NCBI GenBank assembly: GCA_051362555.1 | Contig: CM120644.1 | Location: 3,976,954-4,040,953 of the forward strand | Length of the DNA: 64,000 bases | Source of the DNA: Lingula anatina | Taxonomy: Eukaryota; Animalia; Brachiopoda | Direction of reading: 5' to 3' | Shown: piece after piece, positions 59,241-64,000 of the stretch | Layout: each line of letters starts with the position of its first letter | Position numbering within the stretch: position 1 is the stretch's first letter | The notes under the pieces: generated by a model | Databases searched by the model: none | What the model saw: the letters and a program-made list of their open reading frames with translations, nothing else | What the model was told of the DNA's origin: nothing | Translations under genes and position numbers: made by a program

Positions 59241-62200
59241 AAACGCATTTTAGTGGCAATTTACCCCTCGTTCTGAACAGACTAAGTGTTTTTTGTTAGG
59301 TTGCAGCAGCGTATCCCGAAAGACAGTGCATCCTGTACCCTGTAGGTAAAATTTTGATACATTGGGGGTGACTTCTGTGTAGGTACATCAGTCTGGGCAT
59401 TACTCTATAAAACTGTGGGGACCGTTCCGTTTGGCGCTATGATCTGTCTGGTTATGTCTGTCTTTCAAATTTCAAATTCTTCTATGCAGTAGTTGCCGAA
59501 ATATGGATACTTTTTTGGCAGAACCAAGCTTTGCCTAAGCCAAGCTTTGATCAGCCCAAAGGAACACTACCCAATTAAATCACTGCAAATTACATAATGT
59601 AGCAGCGCAACAGGCATGAAAGTCAGTTAATTGGTAGTGACACACCTGACTGCACACTTTTACATTCATAAATCTTATATGAAATCGGAGTATTTTGAAA
59701 AGAAAACGTATTTTTACCTAGGTATACCTTCGAAACTGAAATATTCCATATTAAATGTCAAGTCTGTGGATATATATATATATATATCCGATGCAGAAAG
59801 GTACTTTAAGCAACATAAAATATTTAAGCAAGACAAGTTGCAAATGATTATCCCACACGAAGAGCAATGGCAAAAATACATCAGTCGGAACCTTTAAGTA
59901 TTGACTACTCTGCACTAAAGACCAGCAGAGCCAAGACATTAATTCCATACAAAAATCTCACAAATCTATAGTCACGAAAGAGTGGTGCACAGAATTTACC
60001 CTAGGCATATCTTTGAATATTAAGTGAAAATAAAAACCAATCTATGACCCTTTTATAGGGTATTCCCTGGTCAGCGACCAGTTTGTCCAGTTCATCTGAA
60101 TCTTCAAATCTTACATCAGTCACGAGATGGTCAAAGATCGACTTTATTGAAAGTATATATGTATATGCATCTGTCCTGAAGATAATGTCAGCAGCACAAC
60201 ATTCTAACTTAATATTTACACATTTAAGTGTTAAAATAAGTATTAAGTAATCAAATACAATAATGTTTATATCTACCTCTGATATTTTAGTTTTATATGT
60301 TCAAAATTACAAAATGCAAATTTAGGGAAGGACAATAAGGATAACTGTCATCATAAGGGACCTGATCTCCCCTTCAGGCTTCGTATTTATTTATTTATTT
60401 ATTTATTTATTTATTAGTTTTTTTAATCAGCATTTTTATTTTTTTTTTCAATTAAAGATGACTGATACGATGTAAAGTGTTAGTTTTGCATAGAAATACA
60501 ATTAAAACTAGGGCTGGGGACAAAGTAAACGTTTCATTTAAAAAAGTATATGTAACTTAATTAAGCTAATTTATGATCTGTTCTGTTGATTTTTTTAAAA
60601 AATGTGTTGGATCAAGTTCAGGGCACAGAGTTTCTTAGAAGTTTTTTTAAACCAGTAATTCTACTATTCTTAAAACCTTGTGCATTTTATGAATTTCTAG
60701 ATAACAAAATAAAATAAAATCAGTTTTTTTAATAATTTATTTAATTATCCTTATGAAGCACATTTGGGTTTGTACGCGTATCTGAATATTCAAATAATTT
60801 AATGATTGTTTTAGACATGTACTTGGGTCGTTTAATACTTGCGCTTGTAAACCAGTGCTGTTTACCAGCACTGTTATGCATTGATCAACGAATAGAATAA
60901 ATTGGTAAGCGAGGATATGTATTCAATTAGTTTTTCTCTAATCACTACTATTTCAGGAAACCTGAAGCACTTTTAGCGAGCCGTAGCTCTCAGAAAACCT
61001 GTCCCTGGTTTTCAAACGTTGAAGCTGTATAACGAGCATATCCAACAATTTTTCTTAGCTGCATACTAAATATAGTGCTCATAATACCGGGTACGTGCAT
61101 TTACCGTCTTTATATGGGGCTATGAGCTGTCATCAGAATGTAGGACAGAACGGTATCGAGATTAGACTGCCTAATGACTAAACGCTTAAGACAGGCTTAA
61201 GGAACGTAAAAATTTGGTCCACGATGTGATAATGATAAGGACACCTGTCGAGGGGGACGACTGAAGGAACACGTCAGTTGACGTAACAAATCAGTGAACT
61301 GGGAGATTATTTCCTTTTGTCACTACCTTTCATCGTTATGGACGCCGTTCAAAGAAAAGACAGAAAACTCTTATTTTAACAGTGTATAAAAACAAATACA
61401 GAAATTGGTAGTAAAGATTTCTGATCCAGAACTTACTATGATTTCAGAATGGTTTGTGTATGGAAATCGAGGAAATGGGGCCTATTTTCAAATATGAACA
61501 AACATTGTATAGGAACCGTGGTAGCGAATTTTGCACATAGCTACGTTATCATACACATTTAATTTCTGTGCCAAATTTCGTCACGCGGTTGTGTTACTTG
61601 TTTAAAGTTTGAAAGAGAACGCTTCAATGTTGATGCAAACTGCCACACTGTCGCCTTCAATATTGCAAGAACTGGCCTTGGTCTATACAACTTTTCTGCA
61701 CGTTAGCAAAAGAAAATAATGACAGAAAGTCAAAGTCAATAATAATAATAATGATATTAATATTAACAATAATAATAATAAAATAATAATAATAATAATA
61801 TATTTGATAAAAGAAGCAATACACATTATTATTATATGGTTATATAATATATATATATGATACCAAAATTCTTAGCACGAAATTTCACCTCGTCAAAAAG
61901 TTAATTTCTTCTAATCGTAAATCGTTGCTCACCCATTCCCTGCACTTGGATTCGATGTTATATTTTTATTTAATATTTTATTCTTAAATGACTTGTCACT
62001 AATTATTTCATTAAGTGCTCTTAAGATAAACTTACATTTAAGGAATTTAACCGTCTTTAATACGGTCTATGTTTGTAGATAAAGGACAAGATTTTAAGGT
62101 TCAAAATGACTGTGGCGCATTTTCAAACGCATGAAGGATACCTTTAATTTTTTCCCTTTTATTTCACAAGATGGTCTGTTAGGACGATCTCCTGATGGTA

Positions 62201-62586
62201 ACGGAGTCACTTAGGTAAAATTGCACGTTGTCCTCTCTAACACAATCCCACGCTAACGATTATCTTTGCTTATTTAATTTATTCGATGTAAAGTATAGTG
62301 GATAAAAAATGTCATTTTTATACCAGTATGAATTTCGCAAACCCAAATCAGGATGGGGATTCACTGTGCCGTATCAAATAACAAAACATCATTTTAAATT
62401 AAGATTTCCCTACTAAAAGTTGCTGAACCGTGTTGTACTGTACAAATCAATCGAAAAATTTAGTGAGCGGTGTTCATATGTGACAAAATCAATATTAAAC
62501 TGAAAGAAGCCTCATGTCATACTGCAATAATTTTTGCAAAACCGACAAATTTTGGCACTAAAAACGGCATAAAATAGTCAGTAGAT

Positions 62587-62852
62587 CAGTGACGGATTTA
62601 TAGGGGGGTCAGGGGGGTCCTGACCCCCCCCCTTCGATTTCGGAAAATCCAATATGGTCTCCTCATGAAATAAGAATTTAGACTAGGTGAATCATAGTTC
62701 TAAACCAGCAAATGACACCGTTCGCCCACTAAAATACCAAAATTTTTCGAGGCCTTTCAGCAGGCGGGAATGGGGGTGGGGGTGGGGTGGGGTGTCTGCT
62801 TTGCATCGGCGCCCCCCCCCCCCCCCTTCAAATAATCCTGGATCCGCCCCTG
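62587..62852. mobile_element. Small MITE of the CAGGGGCGGATCCAG-terminus type
   Basis: cagtgacggatttatagggggg ... ccccttc...cctggatccgcccctg, with flanks gtagat/gtaaat. Confidence 0.6.
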
Positions 62853-64000
62853 GTAAATACTGTACAGATTATGTTAACTAGACAAACAATTTTGTTATTC
62901 AGTCACCTTAAATAGAACAGCCTAGCCACAATAAAGAAATAAAGAAAACATGGACCAGCCCAAACCATTATTACCCCTCCTCCCCACTCCTGGTAAGAGT
63001 CTGCATAAATAATGTAACTGAGTTTAAGCACTTTTATCGAAATATTAATGAATACTTGACTCAGCCTCGATTACATGTATACGGTATACATGTACCATGC
63101 AGTTACTGACTCGAAATTAGACAATACGTCGCCAAGGTGATTTAACTACGCCCGAGGTCAGTGACACGCACGCGGGGTAGACAACCGTGTTTTATCATTG
63201 GAGACACCCCAAAGTCTCGCATCTTGCCCTAAAATTTAGCGAGAATTCGCGGAATTTTAAGGTAGCGAGTGCGACGTATTTTCCCCTTTGACCAAGTGCC
63301 TGTTCTATTATTTCTCAATGAGACAAATAAACAACCAGATGGCTTTCGTGGCATAGACCAGAAGATCATGATACAAGAAGGTTAAAGTTTCAGTTGCACA
63401 GTATCTACGTTCATTTCAGATCAACTGTGCAGATATCAAGAGGGTAAATGCACCTTACGATAAAAACAGCCCCTTCTTACTGCGGCAAATATTGAACGAG
63501 ATATAAGGACAAACCAAGTTCGCTTTTTACCACCAAATGGAGATCGTTCTTAACCTTCAGTTTCAAAGGCTTCCTTGACACTTTTACTGGAAACCGAGGC
63601 ATATTAGTTAAATAGAAAGATACATGTACGTGTAGGTATACATATACCACTAGAGGCCAGGGCGCCAACGTACAAGAGTTCCTTATCTCTAAGACAAATA
63701 GTGAGTGAATGTTTCAACATCACGCATTTTTATATCCCTCCGTGGAGCCATTAAATCACGTGACAGGCCAAACATCAAAGAAAGTCAACTATTTATAAAA
63801 TATTGATACAAAAATACAGAAAATGTAAAGGCAAATGTCATAGTGAAATATATCATTTAATACTTGATTGACGTCTTTCCTTGCTGCTTTGTACAAGTAC
63901 TTTATTACCAATAACGTTTTGGAGGCACCTAAAGGTGCATTAAGACCATTAACTTTATGTCCATGGGCTATCTTCAAACATATCACCACTGTTTTTTTTT

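Overview
This is AT-rich, intron-rich animal genomic DNA; the gene and repeat content suggest a marine invertebrate, probably a lophotrochozoan or mollusc (inference). Manual splicing gave four loci. (1) The 5' 16 coding exons (604 codons) of telomerase reverse transcriptase, TERT, on the minus strand, running off the left edge; the ORF track shows only fragments of it. (2) A complete 27-exon, about 1100-aa WRN-type RecQ helicase on the plus strand with no exonuclease domain, head-to-head with TERT (ATGs about 1.4 kb apart). (3) Two near-identical UDP-glycosyltransferase genes with intronless CDS, plus a decayed third fragment, nested antisense in WRN intron 8. (4) A 3-exon, about 2140-aa CUB/C-type lectin/LDLa/LRR/7TM GRL101-like receptor with degenerate GPCR motifs. 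The rest is Helentron-like satellite-bearing elements, Harbinger-like MITEs (one nested), a 4.6-kb foldback element, a Tc1 relic and microsatellites. The highlights are the divergent TERT-WRN pair and a U12-type minor intron in TERT. Gene models are hand-derived from splice signals, frame continuity and recalled homology; no searches were run.
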